In this document: positions 41,132 through 52,087 of the stretch, piece after piece
Numbering within the stretch: the first letter of the stretch is position 1
How the letters are laid out: each line of letters begins with the position of its first letter
NCBI GenBank assembly: GCA_040771805.1
Contig: JAXGZJ010000001.1
Coordinates: 1,295,961-1,359,960, forward strand
Length of the DNA stretch: 64,000 bases
Source: Methanofastidiosum sp.
GTDB lineage: Archaea; Methanobacteriota_B; Thermococci; Methanofastidiosales; Methanofastidiosaceae
Direction of reading: 5' to 3'
Notes under the pieces: generated by a model
Told to the model about the DNA's origin: nothing
Database searches by the model: none
What the model saw: the letters and a program-made list of their open reading frames with translations, nothing else
Made by a program: the position numbers and the translations under genes

Positions 41132-41932
41132 TTATTTTTTAATTAATGACTTAATACCTAAAATCCCTAAATAAGAAGTTCCTGAAACAAGAACTATTGT
41201 TGCCCCAGATGGTTGATTTAGCAAAAAAGACATTCCTATTCCAAGTAACATATAAGATATTCCAATTAAAGTAGATAGTGCTATTATTCTTTTGAGACTA
41301 TTTGTGAAAATACTGGCTGTAGCTGCCGGAAGAGTCAAGAGTGCCATTGCTAGTATAATCCCTACTACACTTACTAAAACTACGACAGTTAATGCAACAA
41401 GAGATAATAAAATAATATAAATTTTTAATACAGGGACATTTGTCACCTCAGAGAATTCTTCATCAAAAGAAAAAGCTAAAAATTCATTATATCTTATAAA
41501 AATTATTAAAACAATAATAGTATTTAAGAAAATCATAATATATATATCAATTCTTGAAACAGTAAGGATATTCCCAAAAAGATAGCTTGAAAGATCTATT
41601 ATATACCCTGGAGTCATATAAATCATAAAAATACCGAATGCCATACCAATAGCCCACATTGCTCCAATTAGGGTATCCTCGCGTTGATATGTTTTTTTTG
41701 AAATTACTCCGAGTATAGAACTTGAAATTACACTAAAAATAATTGCGGTAAATAGTGGATTGTAGCCTAAAAATAATCCTAATCCTATTCCCCCAAACGC
41801 AGCATGAGAAATTCCACCAGATATAAAGACTAATCTCTTAACTACAACATATGAACCAATTATCCCACAAGCAATTGCAGCTAATATACCTGCTATAACT
41901 GCATTTTGAAAAAAAGCATATTGAAAAATCAT
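41132..41932 (-). CDS. Metal (Zn/Mn/Fe) ABC transporter permease, TroCD/ZnuB family
   Basis: ABC-3 family 8-TM permease. It overlaps the ATPase stop. Confidence 0.8.
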   Translation of the reverse strand: MIFQYAFFQNAVIAGILAAIACGIIGSYVVVKRLVFISGGISHAAFGGIGLGLFLGYNPLFTAIIFSVISSSILGVISKKTYQREDTLIGAMWAIGMAFGIFMIYMTPGYIIDLSSYLFGNILTVSRIDIYIMIFLNTIIVLIIFIRYNEFLAFSFDEEFSEVTNVPVLKIYIILLSLVALTVVVLVSVVGIILAMALLTLPAATASIFTNSLKRIIALSTLIGISYMLLGIGMSFLLNQPSGATIVLVSGTSYLGILGIKSLIKK

Positions 41933-42690
41933 TAATCTTCATGCTCCTTTAAGACTCTATGAGGTATTCCATGCCCTATTAACTCTACTGGGCACCCATA
42001 TAATTTTTCAAATAAATCTGGGGAAATACTTTTTTCTCCGTGATAATATAGTGTTTTGTTAATGCAGCATATTGTCTTAACATGAGAAGATATTGCTCCC
42101 GTGTCATGAGTAACTAAAATAATTGCCATTTTTTCTGAAAGTTTTTGAAGGAAATCGTAAAAGTTAGTTTCTGCTTGGGGGTCTATGTTAGCTGTTGGTT
42201 CATCAAGCAATAATAATTTTGGCTCTGTTGAAAGAGCTCTGGCAATTAAAGTCCTTTGAAATTGCCCTCCCGACAATTTACCAATTTGTGTATTCTTAAG
42301 ATCTAAAATTCCCATTATTTTCATAACATTTTCTGCAATATCCCTATCTATTTTAGAATATCTTCTCAAAAAATCAGTATGGCCAATTCTTCCACTGAGA
42401 ACTACTTGTTCAACACTTATTGGGAAGTTTCTATCTATGTGGGCATACTGCGGTACATATCCTACATATCTTCTTCCCTCTTTGGGAGTTTTATTGAAAA
42501 GAAGTACTCTGCCCTCTGTAGGAGTGAGTAAACCAAGTATTATTTTCAATAAAGTTGATTTCCCACTACCATTTGGGCCAATTATACCAACAAAATCATC
42601 ATCATGAATTTTAAGGTTAATGTTCTCTAACACCCTGTGATCTCCATAATCAAAAGATAAATTTTCTATGGTTATAATCTCATTTTTCAT
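41932..42690 (-). CDS. Metal ABC transporter ATP-binding protein (TroB/ZnuC-like)
   Basis: Walker A GPNGSGKST, signature LSGGQFQRTLIARAL, Walker B LLLDEPT. Confidence 0.85.
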   Translation of the reverse strand: MKNEIITIENLSFDYGDHRVLENINLKIHDDDFVGIIGPNGSGKSTLLKIILGLLTPTEGRVLLFNKTPKEGRRYVGYVPQYAHIDRNFPISVEQVVLSGRIGHTDFLRRYSKIDRDIAENVMKIMGILDLKNTQIGKLSGGQFQRTLIARALSTEPKLLLLDEPTANIDPQAETNFYDFLQKLSEKMAIILVTHDTGAISSHVKTICCINKTLYYHGEKSISPDLFEKLYGCPVELIGHGIPHRVLKEHED

Positions 42691-42694
42691 GTTA

Positions 42695-43555
42695 TTACTT
42701 CTTCTTTATTTTGATAGCAGTTATTTTAAGATTTTCAATATAATTTTCAGCTAGGGGATCTATTACCTCTATCTTTCCGTCAATCTCTTTTGAAATTATT
42801 TCGGCCGCTTTACTACTAAATCCAGGTGAGATAAATATTGTTTTGAGGTCGTTTCTTTTAGCATCTTCTATTATACTTACAAGTGATTGCAAAGTTGGCT
42901 CTTTTCCTTCGATTTCAATAGCGATTTGTGTTAGATTGTAATCATTTGCAAAATATCCCCATGAAGGGTGAAATATAATGAAAGACCTATTTTCTAATGT
43001 CCTAAGTTCCCCTTTAATAAAATTATCCGTCTCTTCCAATCTATTTAAATAAACATCCCTATTTTTCAGATAATATTCTTTATTTTCTGGATCTACTAAC
43101 ACTAGACCTTCATATATATTTTGAATCATTGTTTTCCCGTTTTTTAATGAAGTCCAGATATGGGGGTCTTTTTCTCCCTTTATTTCAGCTTCATTTTCAT
43201 TTGAATACTTCTTTGATTTAACTTCTATTAATTCAATTCCTTTAGAACTATCTACAATGAGCATTTTTTTATTTAAATCCTTAATTTTATCCATATATCT
43301 TATTTCAAACTCAATGCCTGAGCCAATCATAAAATAAACATCTGCTTTAGATAGTTCTATCAGTTGGTTTGGTTTTAATTCAGCATTATGAGGATCACTC
43401 CCTTGTGAAACTAGAATTATAACATTAACTTTTTCCCCTCCAATTGCTTCAATCATTTCTTTTTGTGGGGGTATAGATGCATAAACAATGACCCTATTGT
43501 TTGAGCTTATTTTTTGATTCACACATCCAAGTGAAAAAGCTAGAATAAATATCAT
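42695..43555 (-). CDS. Metal-binding ABC substrate-binding protein (TroA/ZnuA cluster 9)
   Basis: Signal peptide plus the typical DPH...E metal-site pattern (SQGSDPHNAELKP). Confidence 0.75.
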   Translation of the reverse strand: MIFILAFSLGCVNQKISSNNRVIVYASIPPQKEMIEAIGGEKVNVIILVSQGSDPHNAELKPNQLIELSKADVYFMIGSGIEFEIRYMDKIKDLNKKMLIVDSSKGIELIEVKSKKYSNENEAEIKGEKDPHIWTSLKNGKTMIQNIYEGLVLVDPENKEYYLKNRDVYLNRLEETDNFIKGELRTLENRSFIIFHPSWGYFANDYNLTQIAIEIEGKEPTLQSLVSIIEDAKRNDLKTIFISPGFSSKAAEIISKEIDGKIEVIDPLAENYIENLKITAIKIKKK

Positions 43556-43747
43556 TAGAATTGGTAAAAAATATTTCTTAATGTCATCCCCCTATATACT
43601 AGTGTACCTAATATTATTTAAATATTTCTATAATAAAAATTAATAATAAATATCCAATAAATTAATAATTATGCCTCAAATTAATCAATCATTTGATATA
43701 ATCATTTTAGAGGGGTATGTGGATTATAATAAAAAAATAGATGCTTT

Positions 43748-44617
43748 TTAATATATTACTTTGTTTAATGAATATTCAATTATTCCTTCTGCACCAGCAT
43801 TTTTTAATTTTGGAATTAAACCTCTGATTATTTTTTCATCTACAATTGTTTCAACTGCTACCCACCCATCAGAACTTAAATTAGAGATTGTAGGTTTTCT
43901 TAAAGCCGGTAATACAGATACCACTTCTTCTAAATTTATCTTTTGTACATTCATTTTTACGCCGACCATTGTTTCTGCTGCTAATGCACCTTTGAGTAAT
44001 AAAAAAAGATCTTCAGTTTTTTTCCTTTTCCAACTGCTTTTCCAGGATTCTTTGTTACTTATAAGTACAGTTGTAGACTCTAAAATGGTGTCAAGAACTC
44101 GGAGATTATTTGCTTTAAGCGATGATCCCGTCTCAGTAAGATCTACAATTGCATCAACAAGTTCGGGTACTTTGGCTTCAGTAGCTCCCCAAGAAAACTC
44201 TACAGAAGCGTCTAATCCTTTATCTGCTAAGTATTTTTTTGTAATATTAACAACTTCAGTTGCAATTCTTTTTCCATTTAAATCATCTATAGTCTTAATT
44301 TTTGAGGATTCAGATACGGCCAAAACCCACCTTACAGGTTTTAATCCTTGTTTTGCGTAGATTAACTTACCAACTGTAATAACATCAGCATTATTTTCTA
44401 TCGTCCAATCTAAACCAGTCAGACCAATGTCAATTATTCCTTTTTCAACATATCTAGGTATTTCTTGTGCCCTAATTAATAAACATTCAATATTTGGATC
44501 ATCTATAGAAGGTTTATAAGATCTAGAGGAAACATTAATTGAATATCCAGCTTTTTTAAACATATTAAGGGTAGATTCTTGAAGACTACCCTTCGGTAAT
44601 CCTATCTTAAGTATCAT
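43748..44617 (-). CDS. hisG: ATP phosphoribosyltransferase (long-form HisG)
   Basis: The N-terminus [12 protein letters not shown] is followed by the HisG body and a C-terminal regulatory domain. Confidence 0.85.
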   Translation of the reverse strand: MILKIGLPKGSLQESTLNMFKKAGYSINVSSRSYKPSIDDPNIECLLIRAQEIPRYVEKGIIDIGLTGLDWTIENNADVITVGKLIYAKQGLKPVRWVLAVSESSKIKTIDDLNGKRIATEVVNITKKYLADKGLDASVEFSWGATEAKVPELVDAIVDLTETGSSLKANNLRVLDTILESTTVLISNKESWKSSWKRKKTEDLFLLLKGALAAETMVGVKMNVQKINLEEVVSVLPALRKPTISNLSSDGWVAVETIVDEKIIRGLIPKLKNAGAEGIIEYSLNKVIY

Positions 44618-44728
44618 TATAATCACTTTATTATAAAAAATTCATTCTCAAAACTATTTATATATTTTATGTAAATATTGAAGTAGTTTAGGATTATATT
44701 TTTAACAAAGTAAAATATTAAAAAATAT

Positions 44729-46138
44729 CTATTTTTTAATTGGCCGAATAGGTTCTATATATGGTCTTGAAATTGGTTGTTGTGAGGGCCTAACGTTTTG
44801 TTGATTAGAGGGTTTGGATATCTTTCCTTTAATATTGAAAGTTCTACCGCCGCCACTTCCACCTTTTCCTCTGATTAATATAATTAAAAGTATTGCCACT
44901 ATAATTGCAAGTAATATCTCAATTATTGTATGAATAGAAAATGTAGTTAAACTTTCTCCTCCAGATCCCGAAACTCCCCCAAGAATTCCTCCAAGCGGCC
45001 TATTGGCTGCATTCATAGCATCTTCACATAATTGAACTGATTGACAGTCATTAATTTCAGTGTAAAGCGCTTTTGCCTCAGAGTAAAATGAAACTGCATT
45101 TTTTAGATCTCCTGAAAAGAATTTGTTTTGGCCCTGCATGAATTTATCATTAGCTTCCATTCTTTTAATTAATTTATCAATCTCTTGTACAACTAATATG
45201 TTATTATTTTCTTGGTATATTTCTCTTGCTTGAAGTAAAGATATTTTTGCATTTTCATAATCACAAGCATCATAATATAATCTTCCCTGATCATAAAAAT
45301 TCTTACCAACATTCTTTACTGTAGCGCTGATTTCTCTGAACATGTCATAATCTGCACCATATTTATCAGAGTAAACAAGTCTAACCCTAATCACTTGAGT
45401 TCCTATGGGGGCTTCATAAGAAGCTCGAATATAAAGTGAACCTGTAATTTGCCCTCCAGGCGGTAAAACACTTTGATTAACCGGAGGGTCAATAATCCCT
45501 TTAACCATTGGGGTATCTTGGACTACAGTCATTTTAAGATTATAAGCAGATTCAGTATTATTGATATTACTAATCCTAAATGGGATGTTTGGCAAATACG
45601 GAACTACTAACTCTACTTCACAAACTCCCTGTTCTATATCTATTTGATATCTATCAAACTCAAGAGTAATTAATGGATCATTTCTTTTAATTTTTATTGT
45701 GGAAAATACAGTCAATAATGAGGGTTCACAACCCTCCCTACATCCACCTATTCCAGTAGCTACGACTACAGGAAGTAAGTATTCGCCGCTTAATGCCTTT
45801 GTAGTAACTTTCACCACTAAAATAACACTAGACTCTTGTTCAGGATCCATCCTGACTGGGAATAACTTCTTTCCTTCTATTACTTGAAAAGCAGCTTTTG
45901 CCTCTTTTGTCATAGAATCTTCATCAATATACGCGAGTGTATCCCACATTACATCGTTTACAGTATTTTTAACCTTAACAGTAACTTTAAGCTCTTGATT
46001 CGGCGTTGCTTCAGTGGCATAATCTAATGAAACTTCAGGGATTAGATTTTTTGTATCTTCTTCTGGGGCAACAATAAATGCCCCGAAATTAGAAAATAAC
46101 ACTAATAAAATCAAAATACTCGTTATTGATTTATTCAT
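44729..46138 (-). CDS. Type I membrane/cell-surface protein with two beta-sandwich (CARDB/NEW3-like) domains and a TPR-like segment
   Basis: Signal peptide, a ~400-aa ectodomain, a Gly-rich linker, a C-terminal TM helix and a basic Pro/Gln-rich tail. Confidence 0.5.
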   Translation of the reverse strand: MNKSITSILILLVLFSNFGAFIVAPEEDTKNLIPEVSLDYATEATPNQELKVTVKVKNTVNDVMWDTLAYIDEDSMTKEAKAAFQVIEGKKLFPVRMDPEQESSVILVVKVTTKALSGEYLLPVVVATGIGGCREGCEPSLLTVFSTIKIKRNDPLITLEFDRYQIDIEQGVCEVELVVPYLPNIPFRISNINNTESAYNLKMTVVQDTPMVKGIIDPPVNQSVLPPGGQITGSLYIRASYEAPIGTQVIRVRLVYSDKYGADYDMFREISATVKNVGKNFYDQGRLYYDACDYENAKISLLQAREIYQENNNILVVQEIDKLIKRMEANDKFMQGQNKFFSGDLKNAVSFYSEAKALYTEINDCQSVQLCEDAMNAANRPLGGILGGVSGSGGESLTTFSIHTIIEILLAIIVAILLIILIRGKGGSGGGRTFNIKGKISKPSNQQNVRPSQQPISRPYIEPIRPIKK

Positions 46139-46272
46139 ACTATATAAGTAAGGCATTAAATTCTTTATAAACTTTTGTATATGATATGACATGGTTTAAT
46201 ACGCATATTATTTATATTAGGACCATCTAAAAAGTTTTAAATAGTACTAAGTACAATAGTTTGGTGATATGA

Positions 46273-47049
46273 ATGGTATCGAATCTTCAAGAGCAGATGA
46301 AGGCTCAAAAGATGAACATTAACGAAAGAATGTCAAAAATAGGGAAAAAGATTGCTATCGGAAGTGGTAAAGGGGGAGTTGGAAAATCCGTTGTTACATC
46401 TCTTATTGCCTCATATCTTGCAAAACAAGGAAAAACTGTAGGAATACTGGATCTGGATATTACTGGTCCTAGTATACCTATGATGTTTGGGATAAAAGAT
46501 AAACCAATTGCCGGAAGCTCTGGCATAATGCCTGTGGTAACTGAAAGTGGGATTAAAGTAATGTCTATGGGTTTACTTTTGTCAAATAATGAAGATGCTG
46601 TCATCTGGAGAGGTCCTCTGATTAGTGGTGCAGTATCACAATTTCTTGCAGATATCGTATGGGAAGAACTAGACTACTTACTATTCGATCTTCCTCCTGG
46701 AACAAGTGATGTCCAACTTACCCTAATGCAAAATATCAAATTAGATGGATTTTTGGTAGTTACTTCACCACAAACTCTTGCTTCTACCATTGTAAAAAAG
46801 GCAATAGCGATGGCAGAAGAGTTGAATGTCAAAGTACTGGGGGCTATAGAAAATATGTCATATGCGACATGCCCTGACTGTGGTAGCAAAATTAGACTCT
46901 TTGGCGATAGCAAAGAAAACAAGATGGGAGTTCCTATAATAGGCACAATACCAATTGATCCACAGATATCAAAATTATGTGATGATGGCAAAATTGAAAA
47001 TTATGAAATTGACCTGGGAGGTACATATAAAATTTTGGAAGGATTGTAA
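46273..47049 (+). CDS. Mrp/NBP35 (ApbC) family Fe-S cluster carrier ATPase
   Basis: Walker A variant GKGGVGKS, ParA/MinD-like fold, and a CPDCG (C-x2-C) motif. The true start may be an internal Met. Confidence 0.85.
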   Translation: MVSNLQEQMKAQKMNINERMSKIGKKIAIGSGKGGVGKSVVTSLIASYLAKQGKTVGILDLDITGPSIPMMFGIKDKPIAGSSGIMPVVTESGIKVMSMGLLLSNNEDAVIWRGPLISGAVSQFLADIVWEELDYLLFDLPPGTSDVQLTLMQNIKLDGFLVVTSPQTLASTIVKKAIAMAEELNVKVLGAIENMSYATCPDCGSKIRLFGDSKENKMGVPIIGTIPIDPQISKLCDDGKIENYEIDLGGTYKILEGL

Positions 47050-47900
47050 TGCCTGCTAAAATAAAATGTGTTGTAGATAACAATGTCAAGCTCTCCTCAA
47101 ATTTTTGGGGGGAGCATGGAATTAGTTTTTTAATTGAAAATAAGGAAAAAATTTTATTTGACACAGGAAGAAGTTTTGAAGCACTCAATCATAATCTTGA
47201 AGTATTGGGAGAAAAAAAAGAAGATATATCTAAGATTTTCTTAAGTCACGGACACTATGATCACACTGGAGGCCTAATTGAGTTAACAAAACACTGCAAT
47301 GCAAAAATATTTGCCCACCCTTCTATCTTTGAAAAAAAATATAAAAAAACATCTTTAGGGCCAAAGTATATTGGTGCGCCATTTAAGGAAAAAGATCTAA
47401 ATAACATTACTCTTACAAAAGACAGTATTGAACTATCAAAGAATATATTCACTACAGGGGAGATTGAACGTACTTTTAAATTTGAAAAGGTATCTGACTT
47501 ATTCCAGAAAAAAATCAAATCCGAATATATTCATGATGAAATAATAGATGATCAGGCTTTAATTATCAAAACTAATATTGGGGGAATTATAATCCTTGGG
47601 TGCAATCATTCCGGGCTACTAAATACAATTGAGCATTCAAAGGACTTAATAGGAGATGATGTTTTCTTAGTGCTTGGGGGCACTCACCTAGTTTCTGCTG
47701 ATGAAACTAGACTTTCTAAAACAATAGACTATTTAAAAAAATATGGCATTACTTTATTTGGATTCCATTGCACAGGAGACTATGCTTCGTTTAAGCTTCA
47801 CTATGCACTCGATAAAATGTATTGTAGGGGGTATACTGGATTTGAAGTATTAACAGAATTTGAAGGATATCACTTGGGAGAAGATACAAAGTGCCAATAA
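47049..47900 (+). CDS. MBL-fold metallo-hydrolase
   Basis: The HxHxDH motif SHGHYDHTGG is present. The TAATG overlap with the mrp stop indicates translational coupling. Confidence 0.75.
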   Translation: MPAKIKCVVDNNVKLSSNFWGEHGISFLIENKEKILFDTGRSFEALNHNLEVLGEKKEDISKIFLSHGHYDHTGGLIELTKHCNAKIFAHPSIFEKKYKKTSLGPKYIGAPFKEKDLNNITLTKDSIELSKNIFTTGEIERTFKFEKVSDLFQKKIKSEYIHDEIIDDQALIIKTNIGGIIILGCNHSGLLNTIEHSKDLIGDDVFLVLGGTHLVSADETRLSKTIDYLKKYGITLFGFHCTGDYASFKLHYALDKMYCRGYTGFEVLTEFEGYHLGEDTKCQ

Positions 47901-47990
47901 TCATTTAATAATTTTTAATAGTTCCATAAATAGTAGTGAAATAAATTCAAAAATAATTACTTTTTTATAGTTTAGGACTTATTAATTCTT

Positions 47991-48782
47991 ATGAAGGGTT
48001 TCAAAAAACGGCAAAATATTAAAACAGACATAAGGCTTTTAGATGAATTAATTATCACTGGAATTCCTAGAGATTCGTTCATTGTTTTACTGGGAGAAGG
48101 TGGAACAGGCAAATCTGCCATAGTAGGGGAATTGTGCTATAGATTTCTTATAAAAGGAGAACCTGTGATATATGTAGCGCTTGACAATTCTCCGTCTTCT
48201 GTTTTTTCGGATATTGAGAGTCTCGGTTGGGACTTAAGCCCATTTTGTGAAAAAGGACAATTAAAGTTTTTAGATTGTTATTCCTTTAGGATGAAAGTAG
48301 ATTATGATGAAAAGTGCATTACTGTATTAAGGGAGCCAGATGATTTGCCCAATTTTACTGACAAATTAGTAAGTCTGATGGATGGACTTAATATGAATGA
48401 AAAAGGTTTAGTAGTAATAGACTCTCTTACTGAATTCATGACACTATCGGATCCTTCTCAAGTTGTAGAATCTGTAAAAAATTGGAGAGCTAGGGGGGCA
48501 AAAGAGCGAAATGTATTATTTGTTTCAACTCTTCACTTTGGACTTAAAGCTTTTGAAGGATTTGCCGACGTATTTGATTATATTGTAGACGGCATCATTG
48601 ACTTAAGATATGATCCAAATTATATGGATCAGGATTTATTGCTCAAACAAATACGAGTTAGAAAAATCAAAGGTTCAGATCATTATACAAACTGGGTTAA
48701 CTTTGTCATACAGAAGGGGGGATTAAAGTCCCTTATAATAGAAACTGGAAAATCAAAAAAGAAAAATTTAAAAAAATCATAA
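47991..48782 (+). CDS. KaiC/RecA-superfamily single-domain ATPase (KaiC-like)
   Basis: Walker A GEGGTGKS and Walker B VVIDSLT within a RecA-like fold (..LDELIITGIPRDSFIVLLGEGGTGKS..). Confidence 0.7.
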   Translation: MKGFKKRQNIKTDIRLLDELIITGIPRDSFIVLLGEGGTGKSAIVGELCYRFLIKGEPVIYVALDNSPSSVFSDIESLGWDLSPFCEKGQLKFLDCYSFRMKVDYDEKCITVLREPDDLPNFTDKLVSLMDGLNMNEKGLVVIDSLTEFMTLSDPSQVVESVKNWRARGAKERNVLFVSTLHFGLKAFEGFADVFDYIVDGIIDLRYDPNYMDQDLLLKQIRVRKIKGSDHYTNWVNFVIQKGGLKSLIIETGKSKKKNLKKS

Positions 48783-48818
48783 AATGATTAAATTATCAAT
48801 TAATGCTCAATTTATGGT

Positions 48819-51647
48819 GTGTTTATGAAAAAAATATTCAAGTATTATCCTGAGGATTTCAAAGATCTGCCTGTAAAAGTAATGCATATGGATTTAGTTT
48901 TTGATATTTATGACAAATACACTAATGTATCATCTAAACTTAAGGTCAAATCACTTAATTCTCCACTATCAAAAATTGAGTTGAATGCCAAAAATCTGGA
49001 AATATTGTCTCTATATGTTGAAAATTATGAAACAAGCTATGAGTATAAAAAAGAAGACCATATTATTGTTATACATTTTGAAAATCCGATACCTCCAACC
49101 ACCGAAGTAGTTATATGTACTGAAAATATCTGTAGACCTTCTAAAAATATTTTAGAAGGATTATATTACGATGAAACGCCTCCAGGATCTCCGCCTCAGC
49201 AAATTACCCAATGTCAACAGTGGGGATTCCAAAGAATCGTACCATGTTTTGATGATATGATGGCAAAATGCACTTATACGACCACCATAATTGCCGATGA
49301 AAGGTATACTAATTTAATCACAAATGGAGATGTGGTTGAAGAAAGACATTCAATTGGAGGTGGGCGAGACAAAATAAAATATGCCAATATGGTAACTCCG
49401 ATGGCCCCTTATCTTTTCTTTTTAGGTGTTGGAACGTACTCAACTTTTAAGAGGGAATTTGAATATCCAGATGGCCATAAATTTATGTTAGAATTACTCG
49501 TACCTCCAAATTCAAAAAAAGAGGTAGCAGAAAAATCGTTGGATGTTTTATACAACTGTGTGATCTGGACATATCTATTTTCAGGCCCAAAACAATATGA
49601 AAAAATAGATATAAGAACTGAAATGATGTCATTAATAGAAGAAAGAGAAAAATCTAAAATAAATGGAGATACTCAAAAACTTGAATTGATAAGACAGAAA
49701 CTGTTTAAATTGGATTCTCAAATAATTCCAGGTTACAAATATACTGGCACAGTATACCGAGAAATTGGAATGCAAAATTCAGACTATGGCGGTATGGAAA
49801 ATGTTGGCAACACAACAATTAGCACGAATAGGATAATGCCATTCGAGGATATGACAGATAGTGGATTTGAGTATATGGCTTCTGTCAAAATTCACGAATA
49901 CTATCACAATTTAAATGGCTCTGAAGTTACTGGAAAAGACCCGTTTCAAATTTGGTTAAATGAGGCAGTAACCGTAATCATTGAAAAAAAATATCATGAG
50001 TTTCTTTTTGGAAAAGACTATGGGCGATTAAAAACTGTGTTAACACTATTGGCCCCAAGCAACGGAACTTTCGCATTAGACCAAGGCTCCTCTGTAATGC
50101 CTATACTTCCCGAAGGTTTCAACGATCCAAATGAATTAATTACTGGTGTTACTTATGTCAAAGCACCCGAATTTGTAAAAATGATTGAAACTTTTATGGG
50201 AAAAGATGTATTTGCCGAAGGTTTAGATCTTTATCATAAAAGATTTAGCCATAGAAATGCAACAACTGAAGATTGGATTAGGACAATGGAAGAAGTCTCT
50301 GGAATTAAATTTTCAGAAATGGCCAATCAATGGTTGAAACAAACAGGATTTCCCACTTTAGAGATTAAATCAAATTACAATGAAAAAATCAAAAAATTGA
50401 ATGTTGAACTAAAACAGATAGCACCTATGGAAGAAGCTTTATGGACATTTCCTTTAAAACTTGCAATTTTAAATAAAGAAGGAAATGAGATAATTGAAGA
50501 GATTATAAGAATTGATCGCTATGAAACTAACATTGTGTTTGAAAACATACCTAAATCTCATTTTTTATCTCTAAATAGGGACTACTCTTTCTATGGAAAA
50601 ATAGATTTTGAAATTACATTAGAAGAGATAATTGATCAAATAAGAAAGGATAAGGATATCATTGCGAAATACATCATGTTTTACAAACTTCTAGATAAAG
50701 AAAAAATGAGACTATTAAATAATACGAAACTAAAACCACGTGAAGAAATAATTGATATCTATTTCGAACTTATTTCTGATGAAAAATTAATGGAGAATGT
50801 AGGGGGGCAATTTCTTACGATATTTGAATCAGTGGACGATAAAAAATATGCAAATCATTATACAAAAATGTATGATGTAAAAATGAGAATAATGGAATCA
50901 ATCGGGAAAAAATACAAAAATGAACTTTTAGAAATATATAATAGATATAATGTTATGTGCCTAGGTAATAGCTACATTGAAACTAAAAGCTCGGAAATAA
51001 AAATGCGACAAGTAAAGAACCTTGCCTTGGCTATATTAGCCACTACAGATTCCCGAGAGATACATAAGATTATAAAGGAACAACTTGAAAAATCAGAGTC
51101 AGCAACAGATAAGTTAACAGCTTTCTCTTTATACCTAAACAGTTCTGCAAAAGATAAAATGGAAGTTCTAAAATCTTTTGAGGAAGTATCCAAAAAGAAT
51201 CTTGTAAGTTGGGAATCTTTCCTTGCAACTATTGCATCAAACAGCAGTAGAGATACCATTGAGATAATTAAAAGAATTCAAAATTCTGATTCATTTAGGA
51301 TTGAACAATCAAACGACCAAAGGGCACTATATGTTCAATTTGCCCATAATAGAAAGAAATCCTTAGAGACTGAAGAAGGTAGGGAATTCTTAAAGGATGT
51401 AATCATAAAATTAGCTAAAATAAATGAATACACAACAGTCAATGCGATGAAAGTGTTTGGGAATATCGATGATATGGAAGATAAGCACCATATTCCTTTA
51501 ATTAAAGTTCTTGTAGATATAATGATTAACTTAACCTTTGATGCAACGCCAAGTGTCTATAATACTGCCAGAAGACTAATACTTGGAGCCCCAATTGCTA
51601 TTGAAAAATACAAAGAAAAATATGGGGACATTGAATTTTTAAAATAA
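48819..51647 (+). CDS. M1-family zinc metallopeptidase (aminopeptidase N-like) with long C-terminal helical extension
   Basis: Exopeptidase motif GGMEN (variant of GAMEN) and zinc motif HEYYH-x18-E. Confidence 0.8.
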   Translation: MFMKKIFKYYPEDFKDLPVKVMHMDLVFDIYDKYTNVSSKLKVKSLNSPLSKIELNAKNLEILSLYVENYETSYEYKKEDHIIVIHFENPIPPTTEVVICTENICRPSKNILEGLYYDETPPGSPPQQITQCQQWGFQRIVPCFDDMMAKCTYTTTIIADERYTNLITNGDVVEERHSIGGGRDKIKYANMVTPMAPYLFFLGVGTYSTFKREFEYPDGHKFMLELLVPPNSKKEVAEKSLDVLYNCVIWTYLFSGPKQYEKIDIRTEMMSLIEEREKSKINGDTQKLELIRQKLFKLDSQIIPGYKYTGTVYREIGMQNSDYGGMENVGNTTISTNRIMPFEDMTDSGFEYMASVKIHEYYHNLNGSEVTGKDPFQIWLNEAVTVIIEKKYHEFLFGKDYGRLKTVLTLLAPSNGTFALDQGSSVMPILPEGFNDPNELITGVTYVKAPEFVKMIETFMGKDVFAEGLDLYHKRFSHRNATTEDWIRTMEEVSGIKFSEMANQWLKQTGFPTLEIKSNYNEKIKKLNVELKQIAPMEEALWTFPLKLAILNKEGNEIIEEIIRIDRYETNIVFENIPKSHFLSLNRDYSFYGKIDFEITLEEIIDQIRKDKDIIAKYIMFYKLLDKEKMRLLNNTKLKPREEIIDIYFELISDEKLMENVGGQFLTIFESVDDKKYANHYTKMYDVKMRIMESIGKKYKNELLEIYNRYNVMCLGNSYIETKSSEIKMRQVKNLALAILATTDSREIHKIIKEQLEKSESATDKLTAFSLYLNSSAKDKMEVLKSFEEVSKKNLVSWESFLATIASNSSRDTIEIIKRIQNSDSFRIEQSNDQRALYVQFAHNRKKSLETEEGREFLKDVIIKLAKINEYTTVNAMKVFGNIDDMEDKHHIPLIKVLVDIMINLTFDATPSVYNTARRLILGAPIAIEKYKEKYGDIEFLK

Positions 51648-51724
51648 AATAAGACTACATATTTAAGTACAATTTTATTAAATTTATTAATAGTATAAAT
51701 CTTGAAAATAAAAAAATTAATTAT

Positions 51725-51937
51725 TTATTCAACGACGAAAATTAGTTTTACTGTAGCTTTATATTTTACAATTTTTCCATCGACTACATTTCCTGTAAGT
51801 TTCTCAACTTCCACACCTTTGATATTGTGAACTGTCTTGGAGGCAGTTAATATTGCTTTTGCTACAGCATCTTCCCAACTAATTTCAGATTTTCCTACAA
51901 TTTCTATAACTTTTGCTACATCTGACATAGTAATCAC
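51725..51937 (-). CDS. Dodecin-family flavin-binding protein
   Basis: 70 aa. The pattern VIEIVGKSEISWEDAVAKAILTASKTVHNIKGVEV...DGKIVKYKATVKLIFVVE matches dodecin. Confidence 0.65.
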   Translation of the reverse strand: MITMSDVAKVIEIVGKSEISWEDAVAKAILTASKTVHNIKGVEVEKLTGNVVDGKIVKYKATVKLIFVVE

Positions 51938-52087
51938 ATCATATTAACACGTCATTCTATAAATAGCTTTTGAAATTTCAATAAATGATACTAAAAATAA
52001 AAGTAAATTACAATTTGTAAAAATGTGTCTAAAAATAGCTGCATTTGTATAGATATATTTTTATTCAATTAAATATTAATGTAAAAT

